Source: a virus. From it: DNA of 64,000 nt. Positions 56,849 through 62,814 of the stretch are shown here, in pieces (position 1 is the first letter of the stretch; each line of letters opens with the position of its first letter). The notes beneath the pieces were generated by a model, which worked only from the letters and a program-made list of their open reading frames with translations, ran no database searches and was not told the origin of the DNA. The DNA lies in IMG/VR virus record IMGVR_UViG_3300046010_005562; one strand, written 5' to 3'. The translations under genes and the position numbers were made by a program.

Positions 56849-57532
56849 ATGAAAATATGTCCTAGATGTAATATATCTCACAATAAAAATGGAACATATT
56901 GTTCTCGATCCTGTGGTAATGTTAGAATTAGAACCGAAGACGATAAGAAACGTATTTCTGAAAAATTAAAGGAATATTATAAAACCAATGATGGATTAGA
57001 AAGAAAAAAAAAGATTTCTTCGGAAATGACAATTATTATGTCTAAAGAAGAAAGAAAAAAATTACAATCTGAAAAAGTAAAAAGTTCTTTTACCAAAGAA
57101 AGAAAAAAACAATATTCTGAAAGACAGAAAGGTAAAAAACTTTCAGAGGAAACTAAAAAGAAACTTTCTGTTGCTGCTAAAAATAATGAACTTGGTGGTC
57201 ATACATCAAAAAGAAAGATGAAATATCAGAAAGTAGATGGATCAATAATTTATCTACAATCTAATTATGAAATTTTATTAGCAGAAATGCTGGATAAATT
57301 AAATATTGAATGGATTCGTCCATCTCCTTTTATTTGGATTGATGATAACAATGTATCACACAGATATTATCCAGATTTTAAAATAGGAGATATTTTTATT
57401 GACACTAAAAATGATTATTTAATTAAAAAAGATGAAGTTAAAATTAGAAAAGTAGAAGAACAAAATAATATAAAAATAATTATTCTTTCTAAAAAAGAAA
57501 TTACAGAAGATTATATTAGGCAGTTGGTGTGA
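56849..57532 (+). CDS. Homing-endonuclease-like protein (zinc finger, NUMOD-like helices, C-terminal nuclease-like domain)
   Basis: CPRCNISHNKNGTYCSRSCGN ... KLSEETKKKLSVAAK ... LDKLNIEWIRPSPFIWIDDNNVSHRYYPDFKIGDIFIDTKND, inserted in the tRNA array. Confidence 0.75.
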   Translation: MKICPRCNISHNKNGTYCSRSCGNVRIRTEDDKKRISEKLKEYYKTNDGLERKKKISSEMTIIMSKEERKKLQSEKVKSSFTKERKKQYSERQKGKKLSEETKKKLSVAAKNNELGGHTSKRKMKYQKVDGSIIYLQSNYEILLAEMLDKLNIEWIRPSPFIWIDDNNVSHRYYPDFKIGDIFIDTKNDYLIKKDEVKIRKVEEQNNIKIIILSKKEITEDYIRQLV

Positions 57533-57593
57533 GAGGTTAGCCATCATCCTTACAAGATGAGTTATGAAAGTTCGAGTCTTTCACTGCCTACCA
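57517..57593 (+). tRNA. tRNA-Val(TAC), overlapping the 3' end of the endonuclease ORF
   Basis: AGGCAGT/ACTGCCT, TCATC-CTTACAA-GATGA, GAAAG-TTCGAGT-CTTTC. Confidence 0.9.
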
Positions 57594-57598
57594 TTTAA

Positions 57599-57670
57599 AA
57601 ACACATTCTACCCTACCTTGGCTGCAACGGCTGTGCGAGGATAGGCGAAAAGACCCGTTTGAGTGTGTTT
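57599..57670 (+). ncRNA. Unassigned pseudoknotted RNA A
   Basis: P1 AAACACA/TGTGTTT, P2 CCTACCTTG/CGAGGATAGG, loop AACGG pairs with CCGTT. Confidence 0.5.
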
Positions 57671-57799
57671 CTATATGGTAGAGAGTCAATGTTAAATATG
57701 GGTATTAAAAATATTCGTTCTTGAAAGGTGCAAATCCTGGTTTAGCAGAGTTGCCAAGTAACAAAAATATAGACTCGCCATTACAATTAAAGAAAATAT

Positions 57800-57876
57800 A
57801 CCCTTGTAGTGAAATGGAATTATCACGAATCGCTACGGACGATTTATTGTGGGTTCGAATCCTGCCGAGGGTGCCA
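57800..57876 (+). tRNA. tRNA-Arg(ACG)
   Basis: ACCCTTG/CGAGGGT, AATCG-CTACGGA-CGATT, T-loop TTCGAAT. Confidence 0.9.
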
Positions 57877-57881
57877 ATTTT

Positions 57882-57971
57882 AGAAGATGAAGTCAGTTGG
57901 TACTGACGCCTGTTTGGAAAACAGGAGAACGTCTGTGTGCGTTCGGGGTTCAATTCCTCCATCTTCTGCCA
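57882..57971 (+). tRNA. tRNA-Ser(GGA)
   Basis: AGAAGAT/ATCTTCT, CCTGT-TTGGAAA-ACAGG, long variable arm. Confidence 0.92.
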
Positions 57972-57988
57972 TTATTAGGAGAAATAAG

Positions 57989-58507
57989 ATGCCAACTACA
58001 TTTTTAGTTAGCGATACACATTTTGGACACTTAGGAGTGTGTCGTTTTCTAAAAGAAGATGGCACTAAAGTTAGACCTTGGGACACTCCAGAGGAAATGG
58101 ACGAAGAGTTAGTTAAACGATGGAACGAAACTGTTGGTCCCAAGGATAAAGTATATCATTTAGGCGATGTTGTTATTAATAGAAGAGCATTGCAAACTCT
58201 CCATAGACTAAATGGAGATAAAGTTCTCATTAAGGGAAATCATGATATTTTTAAATTGACTGATTATACAGAACATTTTAGAGATATCAGAGCTTATCAT
58301 GTGATGGATAGAATGATTTTAAGTCATATTCCTATTCATTCTGAAAGTAAAGGTAGGTTTACTGCAAATATTCATGGACATACTCATACAAATGTGGTAA
58401 AATATAATAATGAAGTTGATCCTTGGTATATTTGTGTTTGTGTCGAACAAACGGATTTTAGACCTATCGCTTTTGATGAGATAAGAAAAAGAGTCAATAG
58501 AGAGTAA
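57989..58507 (+). CDS. Calcineurin-like metallophosphoesterase
   Basis: TFLVSDTHFGHLGVCRFL ... VYHLGDVVI ... KVLIKGNHDIFK ... MILSHIPIHSE ... ANIHGHTHTN; ATG 57989 used instead of the upstream ORF-track start. Confidence 0.93.
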   Translation: MPTTFLVSDTHFGHLGVCRFLKEDGTKVRPWDTPEEMDEELVKRWNETVGPKDKVYHLGDVVINRRALQTLHRLNGDKVLIKGNHDIFKLTDYTEHFRDIRAYHVMDRMILSHIPIHSESKGRFTANIHGHTHTNVVKYNNEVDPWYICVCVEQTDFRPIAFDEIRKRVNRE

Positions 58508-58587
58508 ACCAGACAGGGTTCTGGGACTACCTGCTAAGTAGATCGTACCTGCCAAGGTATTCGGATCGAGACCGATGCTCTCTGCCA
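58499..58587 (+). tRNA. tRNA-Ser(GCT), overlaps phosphoesterase stop codon
   Basis: AGAGAGT/GCTCTCT, CTAC-CTGCTAA-GTAG, long variable arm, T-loop ATCGAGA. Confidence 0.88.
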
Positions 58588-58593
58588 TTTTTA

Positions 58594-58677
58594 GGGGATG
58601 TGATGTAATTGGAAGCCATGCAAGTTTTAGATACTTGTGCCTAGTGCGTGTCAGTTCGAGTCTGACCATCCCCACCA
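58594..58677 (+). tRNA. tRNA-Leu(TAG)
   Basis: GGGGATG/CATCCCC, CAAGT-TTTAGAT-ACTTG, long variable arm. Confidence 0.93.
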
Positions 58678-58683
58678 AGTTTT

Positions 58684-58757
58684 GCCACCATAGTATAATG
58701 GTATTATTCCTCCTTGGTAAGGAGGCGACACAGGATCGTTACCTGTTGGTGGCTCCA
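58684..58757 (+). tRNA. tRNA-Thr(GGT), T-loop ATCGTTA
   Basis: GCCACCA/TGGTGGC, CCTCC-TTGGTAA-GGAGG. Confidence 0.93.
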
Positions 58758-58761
58758 AGTT

Positions 58762-58935
58762 TTGTTGTAAATGTAGATGTTGGGAAAGCAAAGCGTCGAA
58801 AACTTTGTGAGCAGGTGATCTCCGCAATGAGGCTAAACTAGTAACCTTGTACCGACTATTACTACTTACCTCTAACCCAACCGGTCTTGTTATATGGGAG
58901 AAATGGTTCCTACTAAAAGAGGAGGAACGTTTACA
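58762..58935 (+). ncRNA. Unassigned structured non-coding region E
   Basis: Noncoding 170-nt gap with CAAAG..CTTTG hairpin and long-range GTTGGG/CCCAAC pairing. Confidence 0.35.
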
Positions 58936-58963
58936 ACAAATTTAATATATATCTATGATATTT

Positions 58964-59038
58964 GGTAGTGTGTCTGAATGATTAGGATGCGGATTGCAAA
59001 TCCGTTATACGCAGGTTTGAATCCTGTCACTACCTCCA
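58964..59038 (+). tRNA. tRNA-Cys(GCA)
   Basis: GGTAGTG/CACTACC, CGGA-TTGCAAA-TCCG. Confidence 0.93.
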
Positions 59039-59050
59039 AACAAAAAGTGC

Positions 59051-59078
59051 TTGACAAAGTTAGAAAATGTGATATAAT
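59051..59078 (+). promoter_or_regulatory. Sigma70-like promoter (TTGACA-16-TATAAT) for tRNA-Glu
   Basis: Direct reading. Confidence 0.75.
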
Positions 59079-59094
59079 AGTTTTTAAGTTAAAT

Positions 59095-59171
59095 GCACCA
59101 TTCGTCTACTTGGTTTAGGATACAAGATTTTCACTCTTGTGAACGGAGTTCGAATCTCCGATGGTGTACCA
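59095..59171 (+). tRNA. tRNA-Glu(TTC)
   Basis: GCACCAT/ATGGTGT, CAAGA-TTTTCAC-TCTTG. Confidence 0.92.
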
Positions 59172-59182
59172 ATTAAAATCTG

Positions 59183-59310
59183 AAGAAGATAGCGCAACCG
59201 ATGATCTTGAAGGTTAGCGTATAAGCAGTGGGTGGGGTCAAAATATACCACCTCAACCGTGGTTCTCTGTAAAGAGATCAGAACTTTGTTCTGCTGGCGA
59301 CGGTTTCTTT
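59183..59310 (+). ncRNA. Unassigned structured RNA F with 3' three-way junction and T-tract
   Basis: AAGAT..AACC..ATCTT..GGTT crossing helices; AACCGT[CTCT/AGAG][CAGAAC/GTTCTG]ACGGTT then TTTCTTTTTT. Confidence 0.5.
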
Positions 59311-59322
59311 TTAAAAAAATGC

Positions 59323-59351
59323 TTTACTTTTGTTAGATAGTAAAGTATAAT
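59323..59351 (+). promoter_or_regulatory. Sigma70-like promoter (TTTACT-17-TATAAT) with CTTTACT..AGTAAAG inverted repeat
   Basis: Direct reading. Confidence 0.6.
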
Positions 59352-59358
59352 AGTTAAA

Positions 59359-59435
59359 TTGGGTGTCTGAATAATTAGGAAGCTGATTGTAAATACGATA
59401 TATGTAGGTCTGTGCTCTGTACAGAGCACCAATTA
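59359..59435 (+). pseudogene. Degenerate tRNA-Tyr-like sequence ending in a perfect hairpin GTGCTCTG-TA-CAGAGCAC
   Basis: GTGTCTGAATAATTAGGA D-arm-like and ATTGTAAAT anticodon-like segments, but no consistent cloverleaf. Confidence 0.35.
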
Positions 59436-59443
59436 AAGGTAAT

Positions 59444-59869
59444 ATGAAACAAAGACATAAAGATAAATTTACTGATGAAGAGTTGTTAGAACAATACAAC
59501 TTAAATCCTGTCTTGGGTCAACTCTCACGTTATTTTGATGTTCCAGATGTTACAATTTGGAGAAGATGTAAAAAGTTAGGATTATCATTCAAGATTGGTG
59601 GAAAAAGAACCAAATATGAATTGATTGATATTTTGGAAGGTAAGTACCCATCATATCCTACTTTGAAACTAAAAAATAGAATAATAAAAGAAAAACTGAA
59701 AGTATATGAGTGTGAAGAATGTGGTATAACTGAATGGAATAAAAAACCAATTATATTACATTTGGATCACATTGATGGTGATAATCATAATCACAAGTTC
59801 AGTAATTTGAGATTGTTGTGTCCAAACTGCCACTCTCAAACTGATACTTGGTGTGGTAAAAACAAATAA
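59444..59869 (+). CDS. HNH homing endonuclease with HTH-like N-terminus
   Basis: YECEECGITEWNKKPIILHLDHIDGDNHNHKFSNLRLLCPNCHSQTDTWCGKNK. Confidence 0.93.
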   Translation: MKQRHKDKFTDEELLEQYNLNPVLGQLSRYFDVPDVTIWRRCKKLGLSFKIGGKRTKYELIDILEGKYPSYPTLKLKNRIIKEKLKVYECEECGITEWNKKPIILHLDHIDGDNHNHKFSNLRLLCPNCHSQTDTWCGKNK

Positions 59870-59953
59870 GGGACAGTATTCTGCTAAGGAGGCAGAGTGG
59901 TCTGTAAAACCAAGGCTTCGGCTCGCTAGGATCGTTACCTAGATGTCCCACCA
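59870..59953 (+). tRNA. tRNA-Tyr(GTA), T-loop ATCGTTA
   Basis: GGGACA./TGTCCC, TGGT-CTGTAAA-ACCA, variable arm GGCTTCGGCT, CTAGG-ATCGTTA-CCTAG. Confidence 0.85.
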
Positions 59954-59959
59954 AATAAT

Positions 59960-60035
59960 AGCGGAGATGTAGTCTGGTGACTATGCTAGTCTCATAAGCT
60001 AGAGAGTGAGTGTTCGATTCCTTACTCCGCTACCA
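59960..60035 (+). tRNA. tRNA with CAT anticodon (Met or lysidine-type Ile)
   Basis: AGCGGAG/CTCCGCT, CTAGT-CTCATAA-GCTAG. Confidence 0.9.
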
Positions 60036-60036
60036 A

Positions 60037-60140
60037 ATTGTGTTGCAACTAATGTCGGTATTGATCGTTCCTCCGACTTAAAATGACCTTTCTATACCAA
60101 CCAAGGTGGATGCTCTATTTAAAGGTAATACGATCACAAT
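60037..60140 (+). ncRNA. Unassigned pseudoknotted RNA B
   Basis: P1 ATTGTG/CACAAT, GTCGG/CCGAC, ACCTTT/AAAGGT, loop GATCG vs CGATC. Confidence 0.45.
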
Positions 60141-60144
60141 TTTT

Positions 60145-60218
60145 GGGGGTGAAGCTTTAAGGTGAAGCAACGAGCTTTTAACTCGTAGAACAGGGATCAT
60201 TACCCCGCACCCCTACCA
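60145..60218 (+). tRNA. tRNA-Lys(TTT), T-loop ATCATTA
   Basis: GGGGGTG/CACCCCT, CGAG-CTTTTAA-CTCG. Confidence 0.88.
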
Positions 60219-60223
60219 ATTTT

Positions 60224-60282
60224 AGGTTCCGTTCAGCAATTATTATTTTCGCCATATTGAAAAGACAAAAAGTGAACCTGTT
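60224..60282 (+). ncRNA. Handle RNA R5
   Basis: AGGTTC-CGTTCAGCAA ... GTGAACCT-GTTA. Confidence 0.65.
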
Positions 60283-60289
60283 AAGTTTT

Positions 60290-60349
60290 AGGATACATTC
60301 AGCAAATTTACAAAACTTTTTATTTGGAAAAAGAAAAACGTATCCTGTT
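60290..60349 (+). ncRNA. Handle RNA R6, immediately before tRNA-Ile
   Basis: AGGATAC-ATTCAGCAA ... AAAAAC-GTATCCT-GTT. Confidence 0.65.
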
Positions 60350-60355
60350 TTATTT

Positions 60356-60429
60356 GTCTCATTAATTCAAAGGTAGAATACCGAACTGATAATTCGGAAA
60401 CAATGGATCGATACCATTATGAGACACCA
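60356..60429 (+). tRNA. tRNA-Ile(GAT), T-loop ATCGATA
   Basis: GTCTCAT/ATGAGAC, CCGAA-CTGATAA-TTCGG, AATGG-ATCGATA-CCATT. Confidence 0.9.
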
Positions 60430-60452
60430 ATTAACCTTTCAGAGTATATATT

Positions 60453-60782
60453 ATGTTAGAAAAACAAACACTGCATTATTATGATTGGAATGATATTCAA
60501 GAATTTTTATCAGAAAAAATGAATATTGATAATAAAAATTTTAGAGACTATCACAATGTAGTTGGAGGTGCTTATAAAGATTTTTGGCATGTCTGGTTAG
60601 ATATAGTATATAATGATGTTCAAAACGATTCTTATAAAAAATACTGGTTCGATATGATTTTAGATAGAAAGTCTGAGATGATAGAACAAAAAGGTGAATG
60701 GGTCGGTGTATTGTTTGATGCTTTTGAAAACTTACAAAAAGAAGTGGATTACGAAAAGATAATTATTCTGTATTGTTGGTAA
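60453..60782 (+). CDS. Hypothetical protein
   Basis: Open frame MLEKQTLHYYDWNDIQEFLSEKMN between tRNAs. Confidence 0.55.
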   Translation: MLEKQTLHYYDWNDIQEFLSEKMNIDNKNFRDYHNVVGGAYKDFWHVWLDIVYNDVQNDSYKKYWFDMILDRKSEMIEQKGEWVGVLFDAFENLQKEVDYEKIIILYCW

Positions 60783-60791
60783 TAGTTTTTA

Positions 60792-60865
60792 GGTTGTATA
60801 GTTAAGTGGTATAACTAGAGATTCATATCCTCTCATCACCAGTTCGATTCTGGTTACAACCACCA
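60792..60865 (+). tRNA. tRNA with CAT anticodon (Met-type)
   Basis: GGTTGTA/TACAACC, AGAGA-TTCATAT-CCTCT. Confidence 0.88.
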
Positions 60866-60874
60866 AAAGTTTAT

Positions 60875-60950
60875 GGGTATGTAGTAGTCTGGTGATTACA
60901 CCTGTCTGTCTAACAGGTTTAGGCGAGTTCGATCCTCGTCATACCCGCCA
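60875..60950 (+). tRNA. tRNA-Asp(GTC)
   Basis: GGGTATG/CATACCC, CCTGT-CTGTCTA-ACAGG. Confidence 0.93.
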
Positions 60951-60999
60951 GTTTTCTGATAAAACCTCCTTGATATATATAAATATATTAAGGGATAAA

Positions 61000-61095
61000 C
61001 ATCCTTGCAAGGTTCGGGATGTTATAAAATAAGAAACCTTGCGGTTATTTAGTATCGGACAGATCGTAATACTGTCACTGGATTTCGTAACCAGT
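61000..61095 (+). ncRNA. Unassigned pseudoknotted RNA C with twin hairpins
   Basis: CATCC/GGATG hairpin whose loop GCAAGGTT pairs with AACCTTGC (8 bp); then GACAG/CTGTC and ACTGG/CCAGT hairpins with 9-nt loops sharing TCGTAA. Confidence 0.55.
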
Positions 61096-61101
61096 AATTT
61101 T

Positions 61102-61178
61102 CCGTGTATAGCGCAGTTTGGTAGCGCATCTGGTTTGGGGCCAGAGGGTCGGGGGTTCGAGTCCCTCTACACGGACCA
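61102..61178 (+). tRNA. tRNA-Pro(TGG)
   Basis: CCGTGTA/TACACGG, TCTGG-TTTGGGG-CCAGA. Confidence 0.93.
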
Positions 61179-61250
61179 ATTAAAAGGAGTTGTTGCGTCC
61201 CGTTAGAGTCCTGTGTTTTTCATCAGTCAACTCAACGCAACAGATTTTAT

Positions 61251-61325
61251 TGGCAATTAGCACAGTGGTAGTGCATCGGACTGTTAATCCGTGGGTCGTA
61301 GGTTCGAATCCTACATTGCCAGCCA
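61251..61325 (+). tRNA. tRNA-Asn(GTT), second near-identical copy
   Basis: One-base difference from 52829..52903. Confidence 0.95.
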
Positions 61326-61331
61326 ATTTTT

Positions 61332-61411
61332 GGGGAATGGGACTGCTTTGGGGTGGTCGCCTCGCTTGCACCGAGGATATCAGATCGGTTCGAATCCGAT
61401 ATTCTCCACCA
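61332..61411 (+). tRNA. tRNA-Ala(TGC)
   Basis: GGGGAAT/ATTCTCC, CCTCG-CTTGCAC-CGAGG. Confidence 0.85.
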
Positions 61412-61428
61412 ATTTTTGGGTAAAATAT

Positions 61429-61502
61429 ATCTCAATAGTGTAATGGTAACATACCACGCTCCAAACGTGTTGTTGAGGGTTCGAATCCTTCTTGGGATGC
61501 CA
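61429..61502 (+). tRNA. tRNA-Trp(CCA)
   Basis: ATCTCAA/TTGGGAT, CACG-CTCCAAA-CGTG. Confidence 0.93.
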
Positions 61503-61555
61503 ATTTTATGTCGTAATTCCAGTTACAACGATCTCTCAGTTAAAAGCTGTCGATT

Positions 61556-61717
61556 GTGTAAAGGATAAGGGAAAGCCGAACCTTCTGGGGAGATTACGAC
61601 ACCAGTATATAGGATGACTACAGCAAATATAAAAACGCCACCAACTCGGCGGGGTATCCCAGTAGGGGGAATGTCGTAATGGGTTCGAATCCCACCTTTA
61701 GACAAAGCATCCTGATT
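61556..61717 (+). ncRNA. Structured RNA including handle RNA R8 (61611..61717) with canonical T-arm
   Basis: AGGATG-ACTACAGCAAAT ... TGGG-TTCGAAT-CCCA ... CATCCT-GATT; also TAAAGG/CCTTTA and ATTACGAC/GTCGTAAT. Confidence 0.5.
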
Positions 61718-61725
61718 TTTTTAAT

Positions 61726-61802
61726 GCGGGTATAGTTCAGTGGTAGAATGTTTCGTCTTCCGAACGAAAATGTCGTCGGTTCAAGTCCGATTACCCGCTC
61801 CA
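61726..61802 (+). tRNA. tRNA-Gly(TCC)
   Basis: GCGGGTA/TACCCGC, TTCGT-CTTCCGA-ACGAA. Confidence 0.93.
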
Positions 61803-61838
61803 AACGTGTTGTTGAGGGTTCTAATCCTTCATGGAATG
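61803..61838 (+). pseudogene. 3' fragment of tRNA-Trp fused behind tRNA-Gly
   Basis: CTCCAAACGTGTTGTTGAGGGTTCtAATCCTTCaTGGaATG copies 61459..61499 of tRNA-Trp with three substitutions. Confidence 0.85.
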
Positions 61839-61876
61839 TTAATATTTTAGAATTATATTTAATTATGCGGGAGATT

Positions 61877-62188
61877 ATGATGTATGAATGTCATGTGACT
61901 ATTAATCCAGTTTTTGGAAAGGATCTGGAAATTGTTAAAATTATTGCAAACACACATAAATTTAAAACCGCTAATCTCTTAATGCAAAGAAGAGAAGATG
62001 ATATTCCAGAAAGATCTAAAAATGATACTTTCATAACAGGACATGATTCAGATTATTCTTCGATGAAACAAAGACTATTAGATATAGTCAATAATCTTCA
62101 ATCTCATGGTTATAAGGTTTGGAGATATAAGATTGAAGAAATTGTCGTAGATAGCAAATACGATGATTCGTTTAATTTATTAATTTAG
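61877..62188 (+). CDS. Conserved hypothetical phage protein (true start MMYECHVTINP...)
   Basis: In-frame ATG after RBS GGGAG; the N-terminal ORF-track extension reads through tRNA sequence. Confidence 0.6.
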   Translation: MMYECHVTINPVFGKDLEIVKIIANTHKFKTANLLMQRREDDIPERSKNDTFITGHDSDYSSMKQRLLDIVNNLQSHGYKVWRYKIEEIVVDSKYDDSFNLLI

Positions 62189-62217
62189 TTAGAGGAAATA
62201 TGTAACAAGAGGTAATT

Positions 62218-62688
62218 ATGCGTACTATTAATGTAGAAGAAGTAAAAGAATATATAGAATCACTGGGACCAAATACTAAAATATATATTGGTGGAGACTC
62301 AGAACGCTTCAAATTAAACGATCAATGGTACGCAGATTATACTTTAGCAATTGTAGTACATATTGATGGTAAACATGGTTGTAAAGTTTTTGGTGAAATT
62401 CATAGGGAAAGAGACTTTGATCAAAAGAAACAAAAACCTAGAATGCGTCTTATGACAGAAGTGTATAAAATAGCAGAATTATACCTAAAATTAAAAGATG
62501 TTCTAGAAGATAGAGAAGTAGAAGTACATTTAGATATCAATAAAGATGAACAATATGGAAGTTCTTGTGTTGTAAATGAAGCTATAGGTTATATTCGTGG
62601 TATGTGTAATGTTACACCACTAGTAAAACCTAACGCTTGGGCAGCTTCTACTTGTGCAGATAGACTAAAAAGTTTAAATGTAGCATAA
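62218..62688 (+). CDS. RNase H-like fold protein (DUF458/YkuK-like)
   Basis: TKIYIGGDSERFKLNDQWYADYTLAIVVHIDGKHG...EVEVHLDINKDEQYGSSCVVNEAIGYIRG. Confidence 0.75.
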   Translation: MRTINVEEVKEYIESLGPNTKIYIGGDSERFKLNDQWYADYTLAIVVHIDGKHGCKVFGEIHRERDFDQKKQKPRMRLMTEVYKIAELYLKLKDVLEDREVEVHLDINKDEQYGSSCVVNEAIGYIRGMCNVTPLVKPNAWAASTCADRLKSLNVA

Positions 62689-62696
62689 AAAAATGC

Positions 62697-62724
62697 TTGA
62701 CTTTTTAGAAAAATGTAGTATAAT
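62697..62724 (+). promoter_or_regulatory. Sigma70-like promoter (TTGACT-16-TATAAT) upstream of handle RNA R7
   Basis: Direct reading. Confidence 0.75.
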
Positions 62725-62744
62725 AACTTATACATTGAAAGTTT

Positions 62745-62799
62745 AGGATACATTCAGCAATTTATACTTTTATGGGAAAAAAGAAAAACGTATCCTGTT
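62745..62799 (+). ncRNA. Handle RNA R7
   Basis: AGGATAC-ATTCAGCAA ... AAAAAC-GTATCCT-GTTA. Confidence 0.7.
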
Positions 62800-62814
62800 A
62801 TTGTGTGATTTTAA

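Noticed and set aside
57887-57988. N-terminal extension of the phosphoesterase given by the ORF track
   Set aside because: It lies in tRNA-Ser(GGA); ATG 57989 starts the conserved TFLVSDTHFGH segment.
59359-59435. Functional second tRNA-Tyr
   Set aside because: Anticodon stem does not pair and the 3' part is a self-contained hairpin; listed as degenerate instead.
61556-61717. tmRNA
   Set aside because: No recognisable tag reading frame with resume codon or GGGG..CCCC(A)CCA tRNA-like ends; only a T-arm matches.
56849-62799. Group I or group II intron inside tRNA genes
   Set aside because: All confident tRNAs are contiguous; no P/Q/R/S or domain V/VI signatures could be recognised in the structured gaps.
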